From an uncultured delta proteobacterium (lineage in GTDB: Bacteria; Desulfobacterota; WTBG01; CAIYCZ01), in contig CAWDOY010000020.1 of assembly GCA_963803975.1 (NCBI GenBank), positions 1 through 64,000 on the forward strand: DNA of 64,000 nt, read 5' to 3'. The position numbers were made by a program, and so were the translations under genes. The notes under the pieces are model-generated. The model had not been told where the DNA came from, did no database searches, and was given only the letters and a program-made list of their open reading frames with translations. The stretch's first letter is position 1. Each line of letters starts with the position of its first letter. This document shows positions 33,729-44,046 of this stretch, piece after piece.

Positions 33729-34894
33729 TACAGAACTCCTTTTATACCGCGTACCGCCTGCCTGATTCTGTGTTCATTTTCAACCAGGGCGAATCTGACA
33801 TAGCCCTCGCCGTATTCACCAAAACCGATCCCCGGCGAAACCGCCACTTTGCCTTCTTTTAAAAGCACTTTGGAAAAATCAAGTGATCCCATCTGTTTGA
33901 ACTTCTCAGGGATCGGCGCCCACACAAACATGGTTGCCTTCGGCTTTTCTATTTCCCATCCTATCTTATTGAGCCCCTCGACCAGCACATCCCGCCGGTT
34001 CTTATATACTGCGGTGATTTCCTTAACCGCATCCTGGATTTCGTTCAGGGCAATGATGGAGGCAATCTGGATCGGCTGGAACATGCCGTAGTCAAAGTAG
34101 CTTTTCAACCGTGCCAGTGCCGCGATCATCCGCTGATTGCCCACCGCAAACCCGACCCGCCATCCGGGCATGCTGTAGCTTTTGGACATGGAGAAAAATT
34201 CAACGCCGATATCTTTTGCCCCGGGCACCTGCAGCAGGCTGGGCGCCCGGTAGTCATCAAACACCAGGTCTGCGTAGGCAAGGTCATGGATGACAAGACA
34301 TTTATTATCACGGGCAAAATCAACAATCTTTCTAAAAAAATCGAGATCCACCACGGCGGTCGTCGGGTTGTGGGGAAATGATATGATGAGCAATTTTGGC
34401 TTGGGCCAGGTTCTTTTGACCGCCTTCATGAGCTGTTCAAAAAAATCATAGCCCGTGCCTATGGGAAAGCTCATGAGATCACCGCCGGCAATAACCACTG
34501 AATAGGGGTGGATGGGATAGGCGGGATTCGGCACCAGCACGACATCTCCGGGACCCACAAGGGAAAGGGCCATGTGGCTCAGGCCTTCTTTTGCGCCCAT
34601 GGTAACAATAGCCTCGCTGTCCGGATCCAGATCCACATTATAATTTCTGCGGTACCAGTTGGTGATGGCAAGCCGCAATTTATAGATGCCCCGTGACACT
34701 GAATAGCGGTGGTTTTTGGGATTCTGCACGGCTTCTATCAGTTTATCCACGACCGGTTTCGGCGTCGGGAGATCCGGGTTACCCATACCAAGATCTATGA
34801 TATCTTCTCCTTCACGGCGCGATTGAAGCTTCAAATTGTCTATGATGCTGAAAATATACGGGGGTAGTCTGTTAATCCGTCTGAATTCTTCCAT
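33728..34894 (-). CDS. alaC: Class I/II PLP aminotransferase (AlaC type)
   Basis: 'DLGMGNPD', '[14 protein letters not shown]', '[14 protein letters not shown]'; typical neighbour of hom. Confidence 0.8.
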   Translation of the reverse strand: MEEFRRINRLPPYIFSIIDNLKLQSRREGEDIIDLGMGNPDLPTPKPVVDKLIEAVQNPKNHRYSVSRGIYKLRLAITNWYRRNYNVDLDPDSEAIVTMGAKEGLSHMALSLVGPGDVVLVPNPAYPIHPYSVVIAGGDLMSFPIGTGYDFFEQLMKAVKRTWPKPKLLIISFPHNPTTAVVDLDFFRKIVDFARDNKCLVIHDLAYADLVFDDYRAPSLLQVPGAKDIGVEFFSMSKSYSMPGWRVGFAVGNQRMIAALARLKSYFDYGMFQPIQIASIIALNEIQDAVKEITAVYKNRRDVLVEGLNKIGWEIEKPKATMFVWAPIPEKFKQMGSLDFSKVLLKEGKVAVSPGIGFGEYGEGYVRFALVENEHRIRQAVRGIKGVL

Positions 34895-35026
34895 TTTTTT
34901 ACACCCTTTGTTTCGCGGTTTTTCTTTTTCAATAAAGATTTTACTTGAACCCTTGAACCCTCAAATCCATGAACCCTCGGCCCCTTGACCCCTATTTTTC
35001 AACATTACCGTACATTATTTTCTCTG

Positions 35027-36415
35027 TCAAGCGCAGCCTTCCCAGGGTATTTGCTCCCGGCAGCATTTTACAAAACCCTCAGCAAACGCCGGGTTTGAAG
35101 CAAAGTGCAGATGAATATAGCTGGCCAGCACATTGCGCACGGTATAGCCTTCAAGAAAAGCCGGGCGGTTTTTCCGCTGCTGCACGCGGTAACAGCGGGC
35201 AAGGCTTTCCGGCAGCCCGGTGATATCCGAGTAATGAAATTCATGCCCCCGCAGCTTTTCTCCTGCAGCTGCAAACGGGCAGCCCTGCAGAACTGCACAC
35301 TCAACATAGCCCAGGCGCTGCAGCCGCGTGCGCATCCGTGCTTCTGCAGGGAACACACCCGCCATCTCATGCTGCGTTCCCTGTTGATCAGTAAGTGCTG
35401 CTAACAGGTACAGAAATCCTCCGCATTCGGCATAGACCGGTCTTTCGGAATTGCAGAACGCGTGCACTTCGCGCTTCATGGATACATTAGCGCTCAACAC
35501 CCGGGCATGGAGTTCAGGATACCCGCCGCCAAGATACAGCCCGTGAATCCCTGCCGGGAGGTGATGGTCATGCATGGGGCTGAAATAGCGGATTTCAGCT
35601 CCGCACGCTTCCAGCAGTTCAAGATTATCCTGATAATAAAAACAGAATGCCTCATCCCGGGCAACGCCGATGGTTACCGCCTTTGGTGCTGACGGAGTAG
35701 GTGCTGCAGGTTCTTTCAAAACAACAGACGGCGCTTGAGCCAGTTCAATGATCCTGTTCACCGATACGGTCTTTTCAATATGGCGCGCCATGGCATTGAT
35801 TTTTTCCTGCAGCGCTACGGTTTCTTCCGCCATGACCAGGCCCAGATGCCTCTCCGGGAGTTCCCAGTCTCTGGTGCGGGGCACATAACCCAGCACTTCA
35901 GCCGCGCACCTTCCCTGAACCCCGTCTGCCAGATACCTGAAGTGCGTCTCCCCTGAAACATTGTTGAAGATAACACCGGCAATAGGCACGTCTTTATCAT
36001 AGCTCTCAAAGCCAAGCACCAGCGCCCCTGCACTGCGCGCAAAAGCCCTGCCGTCAACAACCAGAATCACCGGCAGGTTCAGCCATTTGGCCATTTGTGC
36101 GGTTGAGCCGTCTTCACTGGTACCGTCATAGCCGTCAAACAGTCCCATCACTCCTTCAATAACCGCAAGGTCCATGTCCCGGCTGTGTTTGGCAAAGGAG
36201 TCAATGCAGTACGGTCTTCCCATCATCCAGCCATCAAGATTGCGCGCAGCCCTGCCGCTCACTGCCGCATGATGGCCCGGGTCAATGAAATCCGGGCCTA
36301 CCTTAAAGCACTGAACTTTCAGGCCCCTGTTTATAAAACACTGTACCAGCGCGAGGGTAATGGATGTTTTACCTGCCCCGCTCCGCTCACCTGCTATGAT
36401 AATTCCTTGTGTCAT
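35027..36415 (-). CDS. cbiA: Cobyrinate a,c-diamide synthase
   Basis: 'SGAGKT', 'FKVGPDFID', 'EGVMGLFDG', 'YAECGG', 'GHEFHYS'. Confidence 0.92.
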   Translation of the reverse strand: MTQGIIIAGERSGAGKTSITLALVQCFINRGLKVQCFKVGPDFIDPGHHAAVSGRAARNLDGWMMGRPYCIDSFAKHSRDMDLAVIEGVMGLFDGYDGTSEDGSTAQMAKWLNLPVILVVDGRAFARSAGALVLGFESYDKDVPIAGVIFNNVSGETHFRYLADGVQGRCAAEVLGYVPRTRDWELPERHLGLVMAEETVALQEKINAMARHIEKTVSVNRIIELAQAPSVVLKEPAAPTPSAPKAVTIGVARDEAFCFYYQDNLELLEACGAEIRYFSPMHDHHLPAGIHGLYLGGGYPELHARVLSANVSMKREVHAFCNSERPVYAECGGFLYLLAALTDQQGTQHEMAGVFPAEARMRTRLQRLGYVECAVLQGCPFAAAGEKLRGHEFHYSDITGLPESLARCYRVQQRKNRPAFLEGYTVRNVLASYIHLHFASNPAFAEGFVKCCREQIPWEGCA

Positions 36416-36603
36416 TGTCTGCTGCGTATCCTTGAAATGGTTTTTGTTTAAAAATACTACACGAATCATACGGGAAGCAATACTAAAAGACGGCAGCGGA
36501 TTAATTTTCTAATCTTTTTTAATAGTTTTGTTGACAAATCATTCAGTTTTTATGATACTTTTCCATCACCCGCCATCTACAGCAATAACCACAGGAGATA
36601 TCC

Positions 36604-38157
36604 ATGAGCTTTATTACGCAATCTTATGAAGATAGTGAAAAGGGCGGCCTGTATCATGAAATTTCTGAGGACTTTTCCTGCGTCATCGACAGCGACAAGC
36701 ATGTGGATGACCAGTTCAACGAAGCCCGTATTTCGGTAATCGGAGCCATGATCAGCCACGATCCGGAGAGCATTGCCGAAGCTGAAAAGGCGGTTGACAC
36801 GGTGATGGAGCGCTTTCAAGACAAGACGCATGGCGGCTATTTTTTAAAAGCTGACCGGGAGTGGCGCATTATTGATACCCATAAAAGCCTGAAAGCAACT
36901 GATGGTATATTCGGGATACTCATGCACCTCTACGAGGTGAGCAAAAAGGATGCGTACCTGCTTAAGGCTTTTGATTTTCTGGATGTTGCCGTCACCAAGG
37001 CATGGGATGCGGTACATGGCGGATTCTTCTCCCTGTATCATGAAACCTGGGCTCCGGCAGTAGCTACCAAAGACCTCGCCAGCCAGACAGGCATGCTCCA
37101 GCACATGAACGGCGCCTGGAAAGACGGGGTTGATTCACCCTATGGCGCCCGGGCAGCGTACTACAGGAAACGGGCGGAAGATTTTGCTGATCTTATTCTT
37201 GACAAAGCTCAGGACCGCAGCCGTGGTGGATTCTACACCTCATTCACCAAAGACTGGCAGCCGCTTGAAACCAGAAAAGACCTGGCACAGATTGCCGGCC
37301 TTGCCCTTACCCTCTATTTTCAGTATCACAATGCCGGGCCATCCATATGGGGCCCGCGCCGGGGAAGCCATGCATTTACCGGCCGTCCCTATCCTGCCAG
37401 TTACACCTATCTGGGCCCGGCGCCAAGCCTTGACCCGGTAAGCATGAAGGCCTATCGCTACGGCAAAGCGGTTATTGACGCTGCAGACCTTTTAATTGAG
37501 AAGGGATGGGATGCCGTGCATGGCGGCTTTTACGCGTGCCTCACCGAAGACCTGCAGCCGGCAGATGAAAGCAAGCTCCTTGAAACACAGCTTGCGTGCC
37601 TGATGGCGCTCAATGTTGCCTTCCGGCTGTCAGGCTTTGAGCGGTTTAAACAGAAAATTACCGCGGGGGTAAAAATAATTGAAGACCGCTGTTTTGATGA
37701 ACAGAATGGCGGCGTGTATGCCTCATATGGCCGTGACTGGCAGCCCCGGTCACGCAACAAGGTGTGCGGCCCGAATCTGCTGGTAAACGGCATCCTGAGC
37801 ATGCTCTCGCCCATTGTTACTGATCGTGATGTGACGCGCAATACCCTGCGCATCTGGATTGCTCAGCCGGTGTGCAGCATCAGCCGGGGCCAGTCAGCAC
37901 TCGTTTCCGTTACCGTGCAGAATCAGGGTTTTGCCCCAATACACGTCCGCGTCGGTGGATTGAGCACGCCAACCAGATGGATGAATCCCTCTGAAATGCG
38001 TATGGACCTTGCTCCGCACGAGATTAATAACTATCAGCTCAGTATTACGCCGCCTGCAGACATGCCGGCCGGCACCTATCCCTTTGAGCTCACGGCTGCT
38101 CCTGCAGGTGAAGTGTACGAGTATGTGTCTGCAGGAGGGAAGGTAATCATTGAATAA
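36604..38157 (+). CDS. AGE (N-acylglucosamine 2-epimerase)-like (alpha/alpha)6 protein with a C-terminal Ig-like domain
   Basis: Repeated '(W)D..HGG(F/Y)' helix-hairpin motifs; C-terminal beta-rich 'V.VQN.G...PAGTY' segment. Confidence 0.6.
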   Translation: MSFITQSYEDSEKGGLYHEISEDFSCVIDSDKHVDDQFNEARISVIGAMISHDPESIAEAEKAVDTVMERFQDKTHGGYFLKADREWRIIDTHKSLKATDGIFGILMHLYEVSKKDAYLLKAFDFLDVAVTKAWDAVHGGFFSLYHETWAPAVATKDLASQTGMLQHMNGAWKDGVDSPYGARAAYYRKRAEDFADLILDKAQDRSRGGFYTSFTKDWQPLETRKDLAQIAGLALTLYFQYHNAGPSIWGPRRGSHAFTGRPYPASYTYLGPAPSLDPVSMKAYRYGKAVIDAADLLIEKGWDAVHGGFYACLTEDLQPADESKLLETQLACLMALNVAFRLSGFERFKQKITAGVKIIEDRCFDEQNGGVYASYGRDWQPRSRNKVCGPNLLVNGILSMLSPIVTDRDVTRNTLRIWIAQPVCSISRGQSALVSVTVQNQGFAPIHVRVGGLSTPTRWMNPSEMRMDLAPHEINNYQLSITPPADMPAGTYPFELTAAPAGEVYEYVSAGGKVIIE

Positions 38158-38176
38158 GGCTCTGCGTAATAGAACC

Positions 38177-39088
38177 ATGAAATGGCGCAACATTATTTTT
38201 TTTCTCGTCATGCTCTGCTGCTCGCTGAGCTGTCAGCGTTATCTAAAGGGCCTGAGCAGTCCAGCGGTGGTACCGACCATTCCCGGAGCCTTTTATACCG
38301 GCACTGATTCCTGCATACCGTGCCATGATGATATCTACCGGCAGTATAAAAAAACCGTTCACTACCGGATTTCGTCCCGTGAAGTTCCGTCCGTTGAGCG
38401 CGGCTGCGAAACCTGCCATGGTCCGGGGAGCCTCCACGTGAAATCAAAGGGGGCTGTTACCGATATACTGGGCTTCTCCCGTCTCACCCCCGCCGAGAGT
38501 TCCGAGATATGCCTGCAGTGCCACACCGGCGCACCGACTATGGACTGGCGGGCAAATGTCCATGTGCTCAATGGCGTGGGCTGCAATGAATGCCATAAGT
38601 CACACAAGGTTACCGCCCCGAAAATGGTCTATCTGGGTGATCCCGAAATCTGCTACACCTGCCATCAGGAAAAGAAGGCCCAGAATGCATTACCCTCCCA
38701 TCACCCGGTCCGGGAGGGGAAGATGAAGTGCACGAGCTGCCACAACAATCATGGCTCGGAAAATAATAATTTACAGAAGGACACCCTGAACGACCTCTGC
38801 CTGGAATGTCATGCCGAGTATCAGGGGCCGTTTGTTTATGAGCACGCACCTGCCGTGGAAGACTGCAGTATCTGCCATGAGCCGCACGGCACTATTGCCA
38901 ATAACCTGCTGGTGCAGAATGAGCCTTTTTTGTGTCTGCGCTGTCACAAGGGTCACCAGGTAAACCCGAAAACCGGGCCGCAGCCGACCATGGCAGCCCT
39001 GCTTACCTCATGCACCCAGTGCCACCCGCAGGTGCACGGAAGCGACCTGCCGTCGCAGCTTCCTCCGGGAAGGGCTTTGACGAGGTAA
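38177..39088 (+). CDS. DmsE/MtrA-type decaheme c-type cytochrome (probable lipoprotein)
   Basis: Ten CxxCH motifs; 'SHHPVREG', 'GPFVYEHAP', 'HGSDLPS'; LSC lipobox-like signal. Confidence 0.92.
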   Translation: MKWRNIIFFLVMLCCSLSCQRYLKGLSSPAVVPTIPGAFYTGTDSCIPCHDDIYRQYKKTVHYRISSREVPSVERGCETCHGPGSLHVKSKGAVTDILGFSRLTPAESSEICLQCHTGAPTMDWRANVHVLNGVGCNECHKSHKVTAPKMVYLGDPEICYTCHQEKKAQNALPSHHPVREGKMKCTSCHNNHGSENNNLQKDTLNDLCLECHAEYQGPFVYEHAPAVEDCSICHEPHGTIANNLLVQNEPFLCLRCHKGHQVNPKTGPQPTMAALLTSCTQCHPQVHGSDLPSQLPPGRALTR

Positions 39089-39182
39089 GCAGGTGCAGAG
39101 CTCCGGCTGACGGATCGAAGCGAATGCTCATGTATTGCGGAAAGCACAATACTAATATTTTATGGTGGAGTGAGTACACGCC

Positions 39183-41022
39183 GTGTCATATAAAAACATT
39201 TTATTGTATCTGACCATATCACTATGCATCTTTTTGGCGACCAATGCAGATGGTGCCGAGGATAAGAAAGCCGCTGCTGACCGGGAATTAAGCGTCACGG
39301 CCGGTACCGGGTTCCATCAGTTCAATGTCAGCGGTAACCGGAGCACGGTGGGGGAATATGATGATCTCCGGTCCGGGGCTGATGCGTATTTCACCCTGCA
39401 GGGGCGCGAGGGCAGAAACTTTATTGACGGCAGCGGCCGCTTTTTTTCCGCCAATGACCAGACCTATTCTTTCAACATAGATATGCAGCGGATATTCCAG
39501 ACAGCGTTTTCCTATCAAAAATTCACCCACAACCTTGATCATGACCCCCTTTCAAACCAGGACTTTGCAACAGACTTCAATCCTGACCAGAGCAACCGTA
39601 TCCTGATAGAGGAACTGAAAACAGGCAACACCCTGCGGCTGCCCGCGTTTCCCTTTCTGCAATTCAAAATGGACTACCGCAGCTACAGCAAACGCGGCCA
39701 CCGCCAGGCAACAACAGTGGCCAAGTGCTCCCAGTGCCATGTCAGCTCACGAAACAAGCGGGTGAACGATACTACCGAAGACCTGAAATTTACCGTTGCG
39801 GGCACCGCCGGGCCCGCCACCATCCAGTACAGCCATCTGCAGAGGATTTTTAATGAAGGGGCTTCCCCGCCGTACAATAACTACCGTGACGGTGCTTCAT
39901 TTTTTCTGGTGAAAGGCTCTGCGCCCTACAGCCTGGTTCCCGACACCAGCAACAGCGTGCACGAAATAAAGCTCCTGACGCGCCTGCCCCTGTCCTCGTC
40001 TCTCTTTGCAAGCTATCAGACCGGAGAGAAAGATAACCGGGATACTAATAATGATATTGATTACAACAACGTAGCAGCGCGCCTCAGCACGCTCTTTTTC
40101 CGCTACTGCACGGCAGATGCGTTTTTTAATCAATACCATATGCACAACTCCACGCCGGGCAGCATTGATCGCAATACCCGGCGCGGCGGCTTTGACGTAA
40201 GCACCAGTTTTATAAAGAAGCTGAATCTTAAATTTTCCTATATCTGGGAAGATATTGACCGGGACAATTTCCAGGTAAATTCAACCAGGACCCAGACCTA
40301 CCGTCTTACCGCAAACTACCGGATGCTGCGCAAGCTCAGGCTGCATGTTAAATATCAAAAGACCCGGGTCGGCGACCCGTTCGTCAATGAGGACCCGGAT
40401 GTTCTGCGCCTGGTTCAGACCTCCCTCCCGCAAAGCGCGGATGAGTTCTACAGCTCACTGTCATGGAGCGTGCTGCAGAATTTTTCTCTCAATTCAAACT
40501 TCAGGTATGTTAAAAGCGACAATGACCGCTATCAAGTAGACGAAGACCACTATGAGTGGAACCTGAGTTTCTGGTATGTCCCCGCGGAAAAAGTCACGAT
40601 AAGCGGAGCCTACTCGCTTATGGAAACCAGCATTGACTCTCCGCTCTCCTATAAGCGCTATCACCTCAAAGACGCGTCGAGCCTGTTTTTGTTTAATGAG
40701 GCACCCTATGATGACAGCAGCCAGGCCTACTTCCTGTCTGTGAGTTACCTTCTTAATCCAGCGCACCTCCCTTACCGGTGAAGTCACCTATACCCGGAGC
40801 CGTGCTGAATTTGACTCGCATTTTGACGGTACCAATATAGGGAGCCTTTCTGAACTCAAGATAAACAAGCTGGAAACCGCGTTCGGCATCACCTACCTGT
40901 ACAGCAGGACGATAACGCTGAACGCTAAATACATGTTCCGGGAATATAATGATAAAAATGACCATGGCCTTGACGGGCAGTTCAGCGGGGTAAGCATGGG
41001 GCTCAACTGGTCATTTAATTAG
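39183..41022 (+). CDS. MtrB/PioB-like outer-membrane beta-barrel with one CxxCH (GSU2204-like), frameshifted near the C-terminus
   Basis: Signal peptide, 'VGEYD', 'HNLDHDPL', 'KCSQCHV', amphipathic strands, C-terminal 'GLNWSF'; follows the decaheme gene. Confidence 0.75.
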
Positions 41023-41033
41023 GAGGCGGACAT

Positions 41034-41627
41034 ATGAAAAAGCACTTTACTCTTTTGTTAGTATGTTATTTTTTTGTCCCGGTCCTCCCGGCACATGCTG
41101 TGGCGGTTAATCTCAGCCCGCAAGCGGTTGAGGAAGCGATTGCTTTTGGCAATACAAACCGCAGCTCTATAGAAAAAGACCTTGACGGCAGCTATGCTTT
41201 CGGCTCGGCAGAGGAGTATGCGGAAGGCGGGGTTGTTCATACCAAATGGTACAAGCTTGCCATTATGTCCGCGCAAAAAGCCCGTCAGGGAGGAACATTA
41301 TCCGCACCGGAGCAGGCGGAAATAGTATCTGATCCGTGCCTCCAGATTAATATCAAAGTATATGGCCGCAGCCTTGATTTCGCCAGAGATTACCAGGTTA
41401 CTTTGCTGCAGGGTGCCAAAGTAATAAAACCGGAAAAAATACACGCAGACAGCTTTAGTTCTGACACTGCGGCAACCAGGTCAATGGCTGGTTTCCCCGG
41501 GTACTGGGCAATCATGAGAACTTATTTCAGATATGATGCGTTCAACCCTGCTGCACCCGCAATTTTGATTCTGAATAAAAATGGCAAGGAAAGCCGTTTC
41601 AAAATTGATTTCACGCGCTATAAATAA
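41034..41627 (+). CDS. Exported hypothetical protein
   Basis: AGGAGG SD, signal peptide ending AHA, 197 aa. Confidence 0.7.
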   Translation: MKKHFTLLLVCYFFVPVLPAHAVAVNLSPQAVEEAIAFGNTNRSSIEKDLDGSYAFGSAEEYAEGGVVHTKWYKLAIMSAQKARQGGTLSAPEQAEIVSDPCLQINIKVYGRSLDFARDYQVTLLQGAKVIKPEKIHADSFSSDTAATRSMAGFPGYWAIMRTYFRYDAFNPAAPAILILNKNGKESRFKIDFTRYK

Positions 41628-41639
41628 TGGTGACGAGAC

Positions 41640-42014
41640 ATGACGCTGAGCGGTGATTTTATATATCTTATCGCCTATTGCCTATTCCTCATCGGCGCTG
41701 CCAATTCCTTCCAGAACAACGTACCGCAATCATCCATCTGGACCATGAGCGTGGCGGTGGTAATTGATTTTCTGGGCAGCGTCCTGCCGGTCATGAGAGT
41801 TAAATCCCTGGCGATCAATCTCCCGGGGAATCCTGCTATAACAGCAGCGATATTTTTGGGAATACTGGTGTGGCTGCTGTTCCTGTTTTCACTGTTTATC
41901 TGGAAAATAAAAAAAATCCGCCTGTTTCATTTTATCATTCTTTCCATTGAAGTCATCTGGTTCATTGATTATGTACTGCTCCTGTACGGTGTCTACAAGG
42001 TACCGCTGCGGTAA
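41640..42014 (+). CDS. Small 4-TM membrane protein
   Basis: Four hydrophobic segments; same orientation and close spacing. Confidence 0.65.
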   Translation: MTLSGDFIYLIAYCLFLIGAANSFQNNVPQSSIWTMSVAVVIDFLGSVLPVMRVKSLAINLPGNPAITAAIFLGILVWLLFLFSLFIWKIKKIRLFHFIILSIEVIWFIDYVLLLYGVYKVPLR

Positions 42015-42129
42015 GAAGCCCGGCCGGGAAAGATTTTAAAATACAGCTGACAGACAACTGTTCCCTGGTGCACGTCTGTAGTGCTCTATATTATTTATAT
42101 AAAACAACTGATCGCAGAGGAAACTACTG

Positions 42130-43506
42130 ATGATTGCTGAAGCATGCAAAAAACATCTTGAAATTTCAAAAACCGGCTTTGAGGCACTCACGAGAGTAAT
42201 CGAGTTCTCCTGCTCTGCCTGCGGGCTGTGCGTGAGCCTCTGCCCGACAGAAGCCATTGCCATGCAGAACAACGTCCCCACCCTGGTGGGGCAGTGCACC
42301 AAATGCGGCTTCTGCTACCAGGGCTGTCCCCGCAGCTTTTCCCCGCTGGGTAAAGTCAAAGAGCGTTTTTTCGGTGCCGAGCAGAACGAGGTGGATACCC
42401 GTGTAGGCCGGTGCGTTGACCGGTTTACTGCCCGCTCCCTCTCTGATGAGATTTTTGACCGGGGTGCAAACGGGGGTACTGCCACCGCCCTCCTCTATTA
42501 TCTCCTGGAGAAAAATATTGTTGACGCAGTTCTCCATCTGGGTAAAATTCATGAGGACTGCTTCATCTGCCATCATGCTAAAACCATTATCTCAACCAGG
42601 CCTGAAGAGACCCTGCGGGGCTCCAAGTCAAAAAACCAGATCAGCCCGGTCCTGCATGACCTGAAAAAAGTTGCCGAATATCCGCGCTACGCTGTGGTGG
42701 GGCTTTCCTGCCATGTGCAGGCGTTGAGAAAACTGCAGGTGATACGGGATGACCCGGAGCTGAAGGAAATCTTTAAGGGACTGGCAAAAACTGCGGAAAA
42801 GCTGCTGCAGAACCTGAAATTCGTCATTGCCATTAACTGCTTTTCAAACACTAAATACGGCGGTATTGATAAAATTTACCAGAAGCTCGGCATCAGGGAA
42901 GAAGATGTTATCAAGTACGCGGAAGATACCAAAAAGTCTCTCTACCAGTTCCTGAACGAAGGTAAAAACTTCTTCTGGTATGTTCAGGACAATATCATGA
43001 CCAGGGATGGAAAGTTTTTCCCCTTCAAGTATACCGACTATCTCGAAGACGTGATCTTTATGGGGTGCATGGTCTGCCCCAGCTTTATCGTCTGCAAGGA
43101 GGCTGATGTAAGCATTGGCATCACTGCTTCAGAACTCAAGGTCAGTGAATTCGGCTATAACAGCGTCATGGTCAGAAATCCCGAACTGGGCGCAATATTC
43201 AGTGCCATGGCTGCAGAGGGAAAACTTCTCAAGCGGCCCATGTGGGATAACCGGGGCACCTATATGCGAAAGTTTGTTGAATGGGTCCTTCCGTCCAAAG
43301 ACCTTATGAATATGAGCGGATATGTGGCAACGGGGAAATGGAATCCATCGGAAGACCTTTTTAAATCAGCGTCATCAGCCCATAACACGCGCATCATGGG
43401 CTTGCAGCGGCTCTTTCTCGCCCAGACGGTAAAACGGAAGATGATGTTTGAGCCTGCGATGAAAGCGCTCAAGAAGGGCAATAAACTGTATACGGACATC
43501 ATTTAG
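42130..43506 (+). CDS. FrhB-family (F420 hydrogenase/dehydrogenase beta-like) Fe-S flavoprotein with an N-terminal 2x[4Fe-4S] ferredoxin
   Basis: CxxCxxCxxxCP twice, 'GGTATALL', 'VGLSCHVQALRK', 'GCMVC...ADVSIG'. Confidence 0.8.
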   Translation: MIAEACKKHLEISKTGFEALTRVIEFSCSACGLCVSLCPTEAIAMQNNVPTLVGQCTKCGFCYQGCPRSFSPLGKVKERFFGAEQNEVDTRVGRCVDRFTARSLSDEIFDRGANGGTATALLYYLLEKNIVDAVLHLGKIHEDCFICHHAKTIISTRPEETLRGSKSKNQISPVLHDLKKVAEYPRYAVVGLSCHVQALRKLQVIRDDPELKEIFKGLAKTAEKLLQNLKFVIAINCFSNTKYGGIDKIYQKLGIREEDVIKYAEDTKKSLYQFLNEGKNFFWYVQDNIMTRDGKFFPFKYTDYLEDVIFMGCMVCPSFIVCKEADVSIGITASELKVSEFGYNSVMVRNPELGAIFSAMAAEGKLLKRPMWDNRGTYMRKFVEWVLPSKDLMNMSGYVATGKWNPSEDLFKSASSAHNTRIMGLQRLFLAQTVKRKMMFEPAMKALKKGNKLYTDII

Positions 43507-43829
43507 GTGCGGGATACTGCGACCGCATCAGGTCGCAGGAACAGGAGCAAATAAGCTTTACATAAAAGCAGGGCATGCACAGGAAAAAAAGTGACAGAGG
43601 TGAATAGGTGCAAAATGCAAGTTTATCTTAGTTAACCTCGTTTGCCTGTTGGCATTTACTGGTACGAACCGAGGGACTGAATCTCCGAGTTCCTTCCCCC
43701 GTGCGCCATAGTAATGACAGCTATATAAATTTTAGGGGGAAAGTCTGTGGAATAATAGGCCCTTGAATTTTTCCATAATTGAGCTAAAATTGAGCATCTA
43801 AAATAAAGATGTAACACACATCAATATAT

Positions 43830-43958
43830 AAGGGGCAGTTGATCATCAGTCCAAGTACCGGACGAGAGGTTATTACGTCCAGGGCGTCAGGACAGACCTT
43901 CAATGGTTTAGAATTCAGTTTACTGAAGCGCCTACCTCCTTTATGACAACTGCCCCTT
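43830..43958 (+). ncRNA. Candidate structured cis-regulatory RNA upstream of the KimA-like transporter
   Basis: Perfect 12-bp closing stem AAGGGGCAGTTG/CAACTGCCCCTT enclosing several inner helices. Confidence 0.55.
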
Positions 43959-44046
43959 GTTTTATGCTGCATTAATTCTCAACCTGCTTGCCCCAATGCG
44001 CATAGCAACTTTTCAGACAATTCCTGATTTCCTTCTGTAATCTATT

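Noticed and set aside
43660..43710. tRNA 3'-end-like sequence on the minus strand (...GATTCAGTCCCTCGGTTCGTACCA)
   Set aside because: No cloverleaf, imperfect T-arm and no integrase nearby.
9543..43804. Exact 14-mer TGAGCATCTAAAAT at 9543 and 43791
   Set aside because: Several 14-bp matches are expected by chance in 64 kb, especially in AT-rich intergenic DNA.
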